The notes under the pieces: generated by a model
Database searches by the model: none
Seen by the model: only the letters and a program-made list of their open reading frames with translations
Told to the model about the DNA's origin: nothing
Made by a program: the position numbers and the translations under genes
NCBI GenBank assembly: GCA_963766885.1
Contig: CAVYBO010000001.1
Location: 4,352-68,351 of the forward strand
Reading direction: 5' to 3'
From: an uncultured bacterium
GTDB lineage: Bacteria > Patescibacteriota > Minisyncoccia > Phycocordibacterales > CAIRYW01
Length of the DNA: 64,000 nucleotides
In this document: piece after piece, positions 10,493 to 19,464 of the stretch
How positions within the stretch are numbered: position 1 is the stretch's first letter
Layout: every line of letters begins with the position of its first letter

Positions 10493-10502
10493 TCTCTTTG
10501 CC

Positions 10503-10574
10503 GCTCCCATCGTTCAATGGATAGGACGCATCCTTGCGGAGGATGCGATGTAGGTTCGATTCCTACTGGGAGCA
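10503..10574 (+). tRNA. tRNA-Arg(GCG)
   Basis: acceptor GCTCCCA/TGGGAGC, anticodon stem CATCC/GGATG, loop TT-GCG-GA. Confidence 0.93.
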
Positions 10575-10640
10575 AAATTAAGCGAAGCTTTATTTTCCCC
10601 CAAGTAAAGACACTCACGTGTCTTTCGGGTAGGAATCGAA

Positions 10641-10711
10641 GACCTTTTGAGCATATTTTATGAGCTTGCGAAATAAAATATCCAAAAGGTGTACTGATCC
10701 TGTAAGGATCG
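10641..10711. repeat. structured repeat element copy 1 (GACCTTTTGA...CCAAAAGGTGTACTG-stem-CTGTAAG-stem)
   Basis: similar copies at 18566-18634 and 58238-58310 with compensatory stem changes. Confidence 0.8.
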
Positions 10712-10755
10712 ATATTCCTGCTAGGAAGATTGATTTATTTTGATATAATAAACGA

Positions 10756-11055
10756 ATGAAAAATGGTAGAAAAATTTTTGATACGATTACAAAATCTTGT
10801 TCGGTATTAATGCTTTTAATTGGAATTTCTTATTTTGCAATTACTATAATAGCTCTGTCTATGGTTATTCCTTCATATGGTGATGATGGAGCCAATGCAA
10901 TAATTGCTGCTGTTATTATTTTCTGGGGTTTGGTAGCGGTTGCTCTTAGTTTTACTAAAAAAACAGAAGCAGCTGCTGTGATTATTTTAGGCACTTTAAT
11001 TATTCTAGGTATTAATTATGGGAATAAATATGAAATAATCCCTAATTTATGGTAA
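10756..11055 (+). CDS. small membrane protein
   Basis: 99 aa, three hydrophobic segments, TGATATAAT just upstream. Confidence 0.65.
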   Translation: MKNGRKIFDTITKSCSVLMLLIGISYFAITIIALSMVIPSYGDDGANAIIAAVIIFWGLVAVALSFTKKTEAAAVIILGTLIILGINYGNKYEIIPNLW

Positions 11056-11079
11056 TTAAGTTTGTTATATAATTAACTC

Positions 11080-11676
11080 ATGATCGCGTTGAGTACAGAC
11101 TACAGATTAGGTAAAAGAGCTTTTGTTGTTTTGGCTTGCAGGAGCACCATCATCGCTATATTTTTATTTATCATCGCGGTTATCTTGCTTTTGTCAGGTC
11201 CAGCTTTGATTGAAATAGTAAATAAAATTATTATAGCTGCTTCCGGTCAAAATGATGCTACGGTGAATTCTTCACATTTGGTATTTTTTGCGATAGCTGT
11301 TGTTTTTCTCCTGTCGTTTTTGATTTTTGCAATCGGGGTTTTTATTAATTATCTGCAGTATAATTTTTTCACATTCAGGTTTGAGGAATTTGATATAAAG
11401 CTAAAAAAAGGAATTTTCAATATTTCTGAAACTTCAATTCCATATCGCCAGATTCAGGATGTGGACGTTACGCGCGATATTTTTTATAGAATGTTTGGTG
11501 TTAGCAGGTTGGTTTTGCTTACCGCGGGACATGATGATCCGGGTGATGATGATAATTCAGATACGGTGTTTGATCCAATTGATAATTCCTTAGCAGAAGA
11601 TATACGCCTATTGCTTCAGCAAAAAATCGGCGTGCAGATTGTGGAGAGCCAAGCAGATGCCAAACAATCGCAATAA
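11080..11676 (+). CDS. bacterial PH-domain (bPH_2) membrane protein
   Basis: two TM helices then KKGIF...IPYRQIQDVDV...RMFGVSRL. Confidence 0.8.
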   Translation: MIALSTDYRLGKRAFVVLACRSTIIAIFLFIIAVILLLSGPALIEIVNKIIIAASGQNDATVNSSHLVFFAIAVVFLLSFLIFAIGVFINYLQYNFFTFRFEEFDIKLKKGIFNISETSIPYRQIQDVDVTRDIFYRMFGVSRLVLLTAGHDDPGDDDNSDTVFDPIDNSLAEDIRLLLQQKIGVQIVESQADAKQSQ

Positions 11677-11677
11677 T

Positions 11678-12145
11678 TTAGAAACCCAGAGACTCCATTA
11701 TTTTGTGGGAAAATGGTTCAACGTTTTTTTCTTCTACCACATGATTTAACAGATGACTTCTGATTTCGGTTGAATTGTAATAATCAGTTTCAATCGGAAT
11801 GACAAGCAGGGAACTGATTGCTTTGTCTATTTTTAAAATTAATTTTGGAGCGGAGTATTTGTTATCCTCAACCCAAAAGGTTTTTATATTTTGAAACGGA
11901 TATGTGGTGTCATTCAGATGAATTCCTTTTTCATCAATTTTGACTTCAAGGATTTTTGGCTCTTTGTTGCCAAGAAAGCCCACCATAAATCCTGCGATGA
12001 TTATAAAAATGGCGAAAAGAGCGTCACTGTATATTATTGATATTATTGCAATTGAAACAGTGATAATGCCAACAGCCCAAAACCAGTCTGCCGTCTTTTT
12101 TTTGTATTGAAACTCGTATGTTTCCCAAGAAATATTCTCTTTCAT
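11678..12145 (-). CDS. conserved membrane protein (2 TM + PH-like domain)
   Basis: ISWETYEF...DWFW, two TM helices, YPFQNIKTFW. Confidence 0.7.
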   Translation of the reverse strand: MKENISWETYEFQYKKKTADWFWAVGIITVSIAIISIIYSDALFAIFIIIAGFMVGFLGNKEPKILEVKIDEKGIHLNDTTYPFQNIKTFWVEDNKYSAPKLILKIDKAISSLLVIPIETDYYNSTEIRSHLLNHVVEEKNVEPFSHKIMESLGF

Positions 12146-12194
12146 TAAAAAAATTATATCATAAAATTATTTGCTTTTAGGATAAAGGGGAGTA

Positions 12195-12665
12195 ATGTGT
12201 ATGTTAGTTATGAGTATCCTTGAAAGATTAGGTCTGACAGCAGAAGATGTGAAGGCTGCTACCACTAAATACATTCCAAAATCCTCCCCAACAGATAAAG
12301 AGACTTATCCAAAGTCTCCGGTAAAGCCCAAGAAATCACAAGAGTCTCAAGAAGTTAAGCAACCAAAACCTCAGACTGCTGTAAAGGAGTCGCTTCCCCC
12401 TCTCAGCTCAGAAAGGGTCGAATACGATGTCATTTTGGTGATCGAAGGACGAGGGCACATACCGCTTCGCCAAGTTGGCAGCAATGAGGAGTCAGTCTAT
12501 TCTCTGAGTGAGGGGACTCACAAGTTCCGTCGAGTATTTATTGATAAAGTTCCTTGGCTCGCGGTAAAGGGCTTATCAATTCCTGGTGAATGGGGACTGA
12601 CCATTGCTGAACTTCAAAAGCTGAAGTCTCATCTGCCGGAAGGTATTGAGGATATCACATTTTAA
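12195..12665 (+). CDS. hypothetical protein
   Basis: 156-aa ORF followed by hairpin and T run; start may be 12210. Confidence 0.6.
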   Translation: MCMLVMSILERLGLTAEDVKAATTKYIPKSSPTDKETYPKSPVKPKKSQESQEVKQPKPQTAVKESLPPLSSERVEYDVILVIEGRGHIPLRQVGSNEESVYSLSEGTHKFRRVFIDKVPWLAVKGLSIPGEWGLTIAELQKLKSHLPEGIEDITF

Positions 12666-12753
12666 CCACCTCGCACACTGATGCGGGGAATTTTTTATAT
12701 AAATAAAAAGCAAAAGCCGCTCGGCCGGAGGCCGAGCGGCTCTGTCCAAATGA

Positions 12754-13011
12754 CTACTTTGTCATTGGTCTTGCTATGTTGACGACAAGCTTTCTGCCAT
12801 CCATCTCCTGTCCGTTGAACATTTCAATGGCTTTGTTTGCAGAATCCTCATCAGCCATTTCAACGAAACCGAAGCCCTTGCTTCTTCCGCTGTCTCGGTC
12901 AGTTATGACCTTGGCAGAAGTTACAGAACCAGCGGCTGCGAAATAAGCTTTGAGAGCGTTATCATCAGCTTTGTAGGAAAGATTTCCTACATAGAGTCTA
13001 TTGCCTTGCAT
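12754..13011 (-). CDS. RRM RNA-binding protein
   Basis: RNP2 LYVGNL and RNP1 KGFGFVEM; ATG at 13011. Confidence 0.93.
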   Translation of the reverse strand: MQGNRLYVGNLSYKADDNALKAYFAAAGSVTSAKVITDRDSGRSKGFGFVEMADEDSANKAIEMFNGQEMDGRKLVVNIARPMTK

Positions 13012-13192
13012 ATTTTTCAATTTTTGAAATTGATTTCGACCCCTGAAACTCACACGACCTGGGCGAAGCCAAAATTCGTAGATAATTTAGGATATTTAAA
13101 TATTAACATCCAAATTAAATCAAAACAACAGAGTGGTATAAACAGGTTATTTTCTGTAGAATAAGCCTTAATTACAGGTTAATTTAAAAATT

Positions 13193-13591
13193 ATGTTAAA
13201 AGGATTTCAACAGTTTATCTTGAGGGGGAATGTGGTGGATTTGGCGGTCGGTGTTGTGATGGGCGCGGCTTTTGGCACAGTGGTTACGGCTATGGTAAAA
13301 GATTTGCTTACGCCTCTTATCGGCGCCATTGCCAGAGTGCCGGATTTTTCTGGACTTGTTTTTACTCTAAACGGCAGCAAGTTTAATTACGGAGATTTTA
13401 TTAATGCAACAATCTCTTTTATTCTTATCGCGGCTTCAATTTACTTTTTTGTCATTATGCCGATGAACGCGCTCTTAAAAAAATTAAAGCGAGACGAACC
13501 GCTGGTTGTGACAACCAAAAAGTGTAAAGAATGCTTAAGTGAAATTCCTCTTGAGGCAAAACGCTGCGCGTTTTGTACAGAGCCTCAATAA
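13193..13591 (+). CDS. mscL: large-conductance mechanosensitive channel
   Basis: FILRGNVVDLAVGVVMGAAF, YGDFINA; C-terminal CxxC..CxxC. Confidence 0.95.
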   Translation: MLKGFQQFILRGNVVDLAVGVVMGAAFGTVVTAMVKDLLTPLIGAIARVPDFSGLVFTLNGSKFNYGDFINATISFILIAASIYFFVIMPMNALLKKLKRDEPLVVTTKKCKECLSEIPLEAKRCAFCTEPQ

Positions 13592-13850
13592 TTTCAGTAT
13601 TTTTTAGAATATTAATTTATTGATCGGACAAATAGACTTTAATTTAGTTTATTGATAACTTACAATCAGAAAAATACTCTACCTGAAAGCAATGAAATCT
13701 ATAAGATTTTGGTACAGAGACGTGCCAGGATTTGAAAATGCTCGGCACGCATCAGTTTCTAATCACGCGATCAAATTTTTTCGAAAAATGCCTTTCGAAA
13801 ATAATTCTAAACATGCGGTTCTGACACCTGTTTATACTTTAATTACTGGG

Positions 13851-13933
13851 CGGAGGAGGTGGGACTCGAACCCACAAACGCTTTCGCGTTCCAGTTTTCA
13901 AGACTGGTGGAATAACCGTTATCCGACTCCTCC
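13851..13933 (-). tRNA. tRNA-Ser(TGA)
   Basis: minus strand acceptor GGAGGAG/CTCCTCC, CCAGT-CT-TGA-AA-ACTGG, long variable arm, GGTTCGAGTCC. Confidence 0.92.
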
Positions 13934-14404
13934 ATTTTTATTTTTCAACCAACTTTTTTCCAAAAAATGTTCTTCGTAATGGCAATTGGGACAGATGAGC
14001 TCCAAGTTTTCAAGAATATTATTGTTCCTGTTCTTGTCTTTGTGGTGAATTTGTAATATCTCAAATTTGGCATAATCGCATCTTTCACATCGCTTACCTC
14101 TATCTTCTAGAAGTCTAAGTTTGAGGGCCCTTTGGGATTTTACTTTATCCTTCGGACTATTGATTTTATACTTTATGCCGTCCCTATGAATATTTGCGCA
14201 ACTTCTACCGCATGTCTTTTTGTTGAATTGAGACAAAATCAATTTACCACAGACTAAACAAGGATGTTCCTTTCTGTTTGATTTGCCATAACAAGTCACG
14301 CTACAAAATATGCGACCTTTTTCTATTTCACACGGTCTTCTGTAAATGAGCTTACCACAAACTTGGCAATTTGCATTCGGTTTTCTGGTGTAACTCTCAG
14401 CCAC
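13919..14404 (-). CDS. HNH endonuclease with N-terminal zinc-finger repeats
   Basis: CxxC..FCS..C repeats; CERC...IHHKD...N...NLELICPNCH. Confidence 0.88.
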   Translation of the reverse strand: MAESYTRKPNANCQVCGKLIYRRPCEIEKGRIFCSVTCYGKSNRKEHPCLVCGKLILSQFNKKTCGRSCANIHRDGIKYKINSPKDKVKSQRALKLRLLEDRGKRCERCDYAKFEILQIHHKDKNRNNNILENLELICPNCHYEEHFLEKSWLKNKNGGVG

Positions 14405-14479
14405 CAGTCCAGTCTACCACAAAATCTCGAAAATATATAATCATTTTTGCTTTCTTTTCAATTGTTGTATGCTTTGGCT

Positions 14480-14863
14480 ATGAAATATTTAGGCATAGAT
14501 TTTGGATCCAAAAGAGTGGGAATTGCCATGTCTGACGACGACGGCAAGATGGCTTTTCCAAAAACTGTTCTTGCAAACGATAAGAATTTAATTGAAAGTA
14601 TTAAAAAAATCTGCATCGAAGAAAAAATCGGTGCGATTGTTTTGGGAGAATCAAAAGATTTTGATATGAAAGATAATATGATTATGGAAGAAATCAGGAA
14701 GTTTAAAACAGAAATTGAATCAGAAACTTTTCTTGAAGTTATTTTTGAACCAGAATTCCTGACTTCAGCAGAAGCTGAGAGACTGCAAGGCAAAACCAAG
14801 CTTTTGGACGCTTCCGCCGCAGCCCTTATATTAAAAAGCTATTTGGACAAAAGGGCTGGTTAA
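14480..14863 (+). CDS. ruvX: YqgF/RuvX family nuclease
   Basis: YLGIDFGSKRVGIA, EFLTS, DASAAALIL. Confidence 0.92.
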   Translation: MKYLGIDFGSKRVGIAMSDDDGKMAFPKTVLANDKNLIESIKKICIEEKIGAIVLGESKDFDMKDNMIMEEIRKFKTEIESETFLEVIFEPEFLTSAEAERLQGKTKLLDASAAALILKSYLDKRAG

Positions 14864-14869
14864 TTATAA

Positions 14870-15478
14870 AAGACAGTTATACCCAAGGGTGGAACAGTAT
14901 GCACAAATGATCCAGTAATTTCACTAGCTCCTTCATTTACATTAAATAGTGCAAGTATTGCAGAATCAGGGAACAACCAAAGCGGTTCAACTCAGTCAAC
15001 CTCCACAATTACAGCCATATTTAGCTTTGGAATAGCGGCAAATGGCAAGAATACATACTTCGCTACACAAGCTTCAACTAGCCCGATGTTTGTGTTCCAG
15101 GTGTTTAACAGTGCTGGTCAAGATATTACATCCAATATTGTAGGAAAAAGCTCTGGTTTTGTTGTCCCAACCGGAACTGCGTTTGTAAACCAAGGGACAA
15201 ATGGTTTTTATCTGCCAGGCGGACAATCAGGAACACTAAGTAACATTACTTTTAGTTTTGCTGGAAGAGGCGCAAATGGGCAACCATTAAATAATGGTTA
15301 TTACTCTGTTGCAATCAAACAGATTAATTACAATGGAAATCAGTCTGTACAAGGACAATCTTCATGGAAGACTCCAATGGTTACTGTTTCTTATGCGCCA
15401 ACAAATTCCACAAACCTTGCTTCCGCAGAACAAGCGCTCAATGAAATAATTGCCGAGTTTGAAGCAATAATTAAATAA
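14870..15478 (+). pseudogene. 5'-truncated surface-protein fragment
   Basis: frame open from 14870 with Ser/Thr/Asn-rich sequence but no start codon until 15086. Confidence 0.5.
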
Positions 15479-15497
15479 ATTTTCAAGCTCTGCTTCC

Positions 15498-15527
15498 AAA
15501 CCCTCCGCTTAGGCGGAGGGTTTTTTT
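15498..15527 (+). terminator. intrinsic terminator
   Basis: ccctccgc-ttag-gcggaggg + T7. Confidence 0.85.
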
Positions 15528-15563
15528 GTTTTTAAATTACTGATTTTGTAGTACAGTTTATGT

Positions 15564-15890
15564 ATGATCACATATGATGAATTCAAAAAAGTGGAAATGA
15601 AAGTCGGCAAAATTATTTCTGCAGAAATTATTCCTGATACTGATAAACTGCTTAAACTTTCAGTTGATTTTGGGGAAGAGGCGCCTCGTCAGATTGTTTC
15701 AGGTATTGCCACACACTTTCCTGATTGCCAAACACTCATTGGCAGAAAGGTGATGTTTGTGACAAATTTGGAACCAAGGACAATCAGGGGATTTGAAAGC
15801 CGAGCGATGATTTTGGGGGTTGGTGAAAACGAAACTTTTTCCCTGCTTTACCCAAAAGACGAAACTCCGCAAGGATCCGCCGCAAGGTAA
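15564..15890 (+). CDS. tRNA-binding OB-fold protein (Trbp111/MetRS C-terminal-like)
   Basis: ITYDEFKKVEMKVGKI, DKLL, RQIVSGI, NLEPR..GFES. Confidence 0.9.
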   Translation: MITYDEFKKVEMKVGKIISAEIIPDTDKLLKLSVDFGEEAPRQIVSGIATHFPDCQTLIGRKVMFVTNLEPRTIRGFESRAMILGVGENETFSLLYPKDETPQGSAAR

Positions 15891-15925
15891 TTTGAAATAG
15901 TTGATTTCAAGATATAATAATAGAG

Positions 15926-16984
15926 ATGAAATTGCTTAATGGTTTTTCACATAGTTCAATCGGCCGTATTTTAAAGGTTTCGCCATCGCCGTTTTTTTTG
16001 AATATTTCTTATGCTGGCATCGACTTTTCTTCGGAATCCATCAAGTACGTGGATTTTGTGGTTGATACCAAAGGATTAAAGCTCAAAAAATTTGGAGCTA
16101 AGGAGATTACGGAGAAAGATTTTTTTGCTTCAGAGGAGGCAAAGAATTTTTTGAAGGAAATATCCAAAAAAAGCATCAAATTCGCCAAAGTCGTGGTCCC
16201 AGAACAGCTTTCGTACATCTTTACCATTCCTTTGGAAGGGGAGATTGACTCGGCGCGAGAAGAAATCGAATTTCATATCGAAGAAAATGTTCCTATTTCG
16301 CTGAAAGATGCGGTTTTTGATTATGTTGCCTATTTTGAGGCTGGTAAAAAATGGGCGGCTGTAACCGTCATTGCCTCAGATGTCATAAATAATTTTGAAA
16401 ATTTTCTTAATCAAGCGGGGATTGAGCCGATATCCTTTTTGTCCGAATCGGCAGCAATCTCCAGAAATTTGATTCTTAAAAATCAAAAAGGCATTTCACT
16501 GATCGCTCATATCTGCAGAGATAAAACTGTTGTCATTATAAGCAAAGACGGCATTGTAAAGTTCAGTTCAGTCATTCAATCTGGAGGAGAGATTCTTTCT
16601 GAAGCAATTTCCAAATATTTAAATGTCGGGATGGATCAGGCGGAAAAAATCAAAAACGAACAGGGATTCAACATGAACACCGAAGATCACAACAGCTTTA
16701 TGGCTTTGGGCAATGCCATTTCAATTATCCGAGATGAAATTGAGAGAGTGATAATTTATTGGCAGACTCATAACGCAAGCGACGGCGCCATCGAAAAAGT
16801 CATTCTCTCGGGTTCAAACGCACTGATGCCGGGCTTGCCGGAATATTTGAGCGAAAGTTTGCGGATAAAAGTCGAAAAGGGAGAAGCTTGGATTAATTTT
16901 CCAAGATACAAAGACGAAGTGCCGGTTATTCCTTTTAAAGATTCGCTCAGCTTTACTCCGTCGCTCGGGCTTTTTGTGGAATAA
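15926..16984 (+). CDS. pilM: type IV pilus assembly protein PilM
   Basis: GIDFSSESIK actin-like start, VPISLKDAVFDY, ILSGSNA..GL. Confidence 0.85.
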   Translation: MKLLNGFSHSSIGRILKVSPSPFFLNISYAGIDFSSESIKYVDFVVDTKGLKLKKFGAKEITEKDFFASEEAKNFLKEISKKSIKFAKVVVPEQLSYIFTIPLEGEIDSAREEIEFHIEENVPISLKDAVFDYVAYFEAGKKWAAVTVIASDVINNFENFLNQAGIEPISFLSESAAISRNLILKNQKGISLIAHICRDKTVVIISKDGIVKFSSVIQSGGEILSEAISKYLNVGMDQAEKIKNEQGFNMNTEDHNSFMALGNAISIIRDEIERVIIYWQTHNASDGAIEKVILSGSNALMPGLPEYLSESLRIKVEKGEAWINFPRYKDEVPVIPFKDSLSFTPSLGLFVE

Positions 16985-16999
16985 ATATTTTGAAAAAAT

Positions 17000-17530
17000 A
17001 TGTTTTGGCTTTTACCAGAAAATCATAGAAAAAAGTTAATCAGGGAATATCGCCTGCGCTTGGCGATCATGTTTTTTCTTTCGCTTAATATTCTGGCTGT
17101 ATGTGCGCTAATATTTTTTATCCCTGTTTATACCAAAGTGCATTGGCTTCAGAAAAATGCTTCTTTTGTTGAAAATAATTTGGAATCAAACATAAAATCA
17201 GAAAATAACCCAAGCGTTTCCAAAGCCGTAGAGGATATAAAATCAAACATGAATATTGCGGCTTTAGATAATCGGAGCGCCGTTTCTCCGATTATTGCGG
17301 TGATACAAGTCAAAAACAGCGGCATAGCGATTACAAGTTTTGTTTATTCATACAATTCAAGCGGCAGTTCGCTGGCTGTTTCTGGTGTTGCTACTGACAG
17401 GCAAGCTCTGACAGATTTCAAAAACAATCTTGAATCGCAAAAAATATTTGAAACAGTGGACTTGCCGATTTCCAATTTTGCCAAGGATTCAGATCTTCCT
17501 TTTTCTTTAACCGTAACAGGAACATTTTGA
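17000..17530 (+). CDS. PilN-like protein
   Basis: LLP motif, one TM, SGVATDRQAL; follows pilM. Confidence 0.75.
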   Translation: MFWLLPENHRKKLIREYRLRLAIMFFLSLNILAVCALIFFIPVYTKVHWLQKNASFVENNLESNIKSENNPSVSKAVEDIKSNMNIAALDNRSAVSPIIAVIQVKNSGIAITSFVYSYNSSGSSLAVSGVATDRQALTDFKNNLESQKIFETVDLPISNFAKDSDLPFSLTVTGTF

Positions 17531-17531
17531 T

Positions 17532-18110
17532 ATGAAAAAAAAGATAACCATATTAATATTTTTGATAATAACCTTCTGTATTTTGGTTGGCCTGTATGTT
17601 TGGCTTGTTTTAAAGATTCAAAACACACTTGCTTCAGTTGAAGGATTCTATTCGGATATTGCCCTTAGCCAGACAAAAGACACCAGCCTCCAAAATTTAA
17701 ATAGGAATAGCCGGACAATTATCAAGGAAGACGCGGAAATCCAATCTCTCTTTGTCCAAGATCAGTCTGCGCCGGATTTTATCCAGTCAATTGAGACTAT
17801 GATGCAAGACTTAAAAATTGATGGGGCTATAAAATCAGTTTCAAATGAACAGGAGCCTGAGCTGACGCCGCTTTCCAAAGACGAGCTTGAGGTGTCCATA
17901 GAAGCCGACTCGTCATATTCCAATCTGCTTAATTTCGTTTCTCTCTTGGAAAATTTGCCTTATAAATCCTATGTTACTTCTGTTTCATTGCAAAAGAACA
18001 CAGAAACAGACCAAAAAACCGGCGCTGTTATTATAACTAAAAATGCTCCTTGGATACTAGACGTTACTTTGAATGTGGATGAAACAATTACTTCTCAAAA
18101 CCAAGTCTAA
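17532..18110 (+). CDS. PilO-like protein
   Basis: N-terminal TM, SYSNLLNFVSLLENLPY; operon position. Confidence 0.7.
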   Translation: MKKKITILIFLIITFCILVGLYVWLVLKIQNTLASVEGFYSDIALSQTKDTSLQNLNRNSRTIIKEDAEIQSLFVQDQSAPDFIQSIETMMQDLKIDGAIKSVSNEQEPELTPLSKDELEVSIEADSSYSNLLNFVSLLENLPYKSYVTSVSLQKNTETDQKTGAVIITKNAPWILDVTLNVDETITSQNQV

Positions 18111-18123
18111 ATCAAATTAAAAT

Positions 18124-18444
18124 ATGAAATCAGGTAAATTTAAAAATAAATTAGAAAAAATCAAAAGGACATTCAGGTCTTTGACAGAGCCTGATGCTGA
18201 CCGCGATTGGGTAATAATTTTATCTGTTTTTTTTGTGCTGTTTATCGCCGTGGCTTGCTGGAGCGCTGCGGCATATTACTTTTTATTTCAGCCGTCAAAT
18301 GATGCGGGCAATTCCATGGTTGCTTCATATCAAATCTTTAACAACAAAAAAGTGGAGGATATTTTAAATTCCTATCAAAAAAGGCAAAATGATTTTCAAA
18401 ATTTATCGGCGACAGCAACGCCTTTTGTTGACCCATCGCTCTAA
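18124..18444 (+). CDS. membrane-anchored protein at end of pil operon
   Basis: 106 aa, RDW+TM, C-terminal DPS. Confidence 0.65.
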   Translation: MKSGKFKNKLEKIKRTFRSLTEPDADRDWVIILSVFFVLFIAVACWSAAAYYFLFQPSNDAGNSMVASYQIFNNKKVEDILNSYQKRQNDFQNLSATATPFVDPSL

Positions 18445-18466
18445 ATCTGGCAATATAGTTTGCATC

Positions 18467-18538
18467 GCTTCCGTAGTTCAATGGATAGAACAGAGCTCTT
18501 CTAAGGCTTTGATGTAGGTTCGATTCCTACCGGAAGCA
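18467..18538 (+). tRNA. tRNA-Arg(TCT)
   Basis: acceptor GCTTCCG/CGGAAGC, loop CT-TCT-AA, GGTTCGATTCC. Confidence 0.93.
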
Positions 18539-18565
18539 AAATTAAGCGAAGCTGTATTTTGCGAA

Positions 18566-18634
18566 GACCCTTTGAGCCTAAAATTGAGTTTATGAAAATT
18601 TTAGCCAAAAGGTGTACTGAAACTGTAAGTTTCG
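18566..18634. repeat. structured repeat element copy 2
   Basis: GACCCTTTGAG...CCAAAAGGTGTACTGAAACTGTAAGTTTCG. Confidence 0.8.
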
Positions 18635-18746
18635 AATTTTCTACCGGAAACATCTGTTGATGAGATTTTGAGATACAAAAAATTATACTAAATTCCTACT
18701 TTAAGCTAAAATTTAGCTAATAATAACTAAACATTTATATAAATAA

Positions 18747-19358
18747 ATGAGAAAAATTTTACTATCAATAGTTTCTATTCTCCTAATAATTGTAATTGTT
18801 GAGTTTCAATCCTGTAGTTTTATATCAACTTTTTGGTCAAATTTGCTATCGAGCGCTACAATTACGATTCTATTTGGAATCTTCATCGATCAATTTACTG
18901 AACTTACAAAGAAACCTTCATTAAGAATGGTAATAAAACAAGGTAGGTCTTATTCAGATAGAATAGTTCTTACTTGTAGAGAGGATGGAAATTACGAGAC
19001 ATCTTTTAGAATAGCAATCAGAAATGATGGAAATAAAATGCTGAAACCAGCAGAAGGATATTGGCATTTTTACTTACCAAATGCTCAAGACGTTAAACCT
19101 GATGGTGAAGCAGCTAAATTTGTTAGTTCTGATAATGACCATATTCGTAACTGCATTGATTTACCCATTTTTCCGAAATCATTTTTGGATGTAGGACCAG
19201 AATTTAAAATTACTATTCCCAAAGCCGACGTTGAAACATTTAAGGTTTACTATTTTTTTGAGACTAACTACGGTTACTTTCCTAAGACTATATCAATGGA
19301 CCAAAATACAGGTCTTATTGAATTCAATAGAATGACAAAGATTCCTATTAAGTATTAA
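18747..19358 (+). CDS. hypothetical membrane-anchored protein
   Basis: 203 aa, two N-terminal hydrophobic segments. Confidence 0.65.
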   Translation: MRKILLSIVSILLIIVIVEFQSCSFISTFWSNLLSSATITILFGIFIDQFTELTKKPSLRMVIKQGRSYSDRIVLTCREDGNYETSFRIAIRNDGNKMLKPAEGYWHFYLPNAQDVKPDGEAAKFVSSDNDHIRNCIDLPIFPKSFLDVGPEFKITIPKADVETFKVYYFFETNYGYFPKTISMDQNTGLIEFNRMTKIPIKY

Positions 19359-19464
19359 CTAATCAGGAGAAGTATTTCAGCCAATATATAAATTGGTATA
19401 ATGAAAACTGCTTACAATAAGCTCCCTCGCTTTTTTCTGACCTAAAAAATGATAAAATAATATT

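Noticed and set aside
13692-13979. 95-aa plus-strand ORF (likewise 5891-6097, 10390-10617, 27090-27371, 30409-30612)
   Set aside because: These overlap tRNA genes; motifs such as RRWDSNP and VGIEPT are tRNA translation artefacts with no upstream integrase body.
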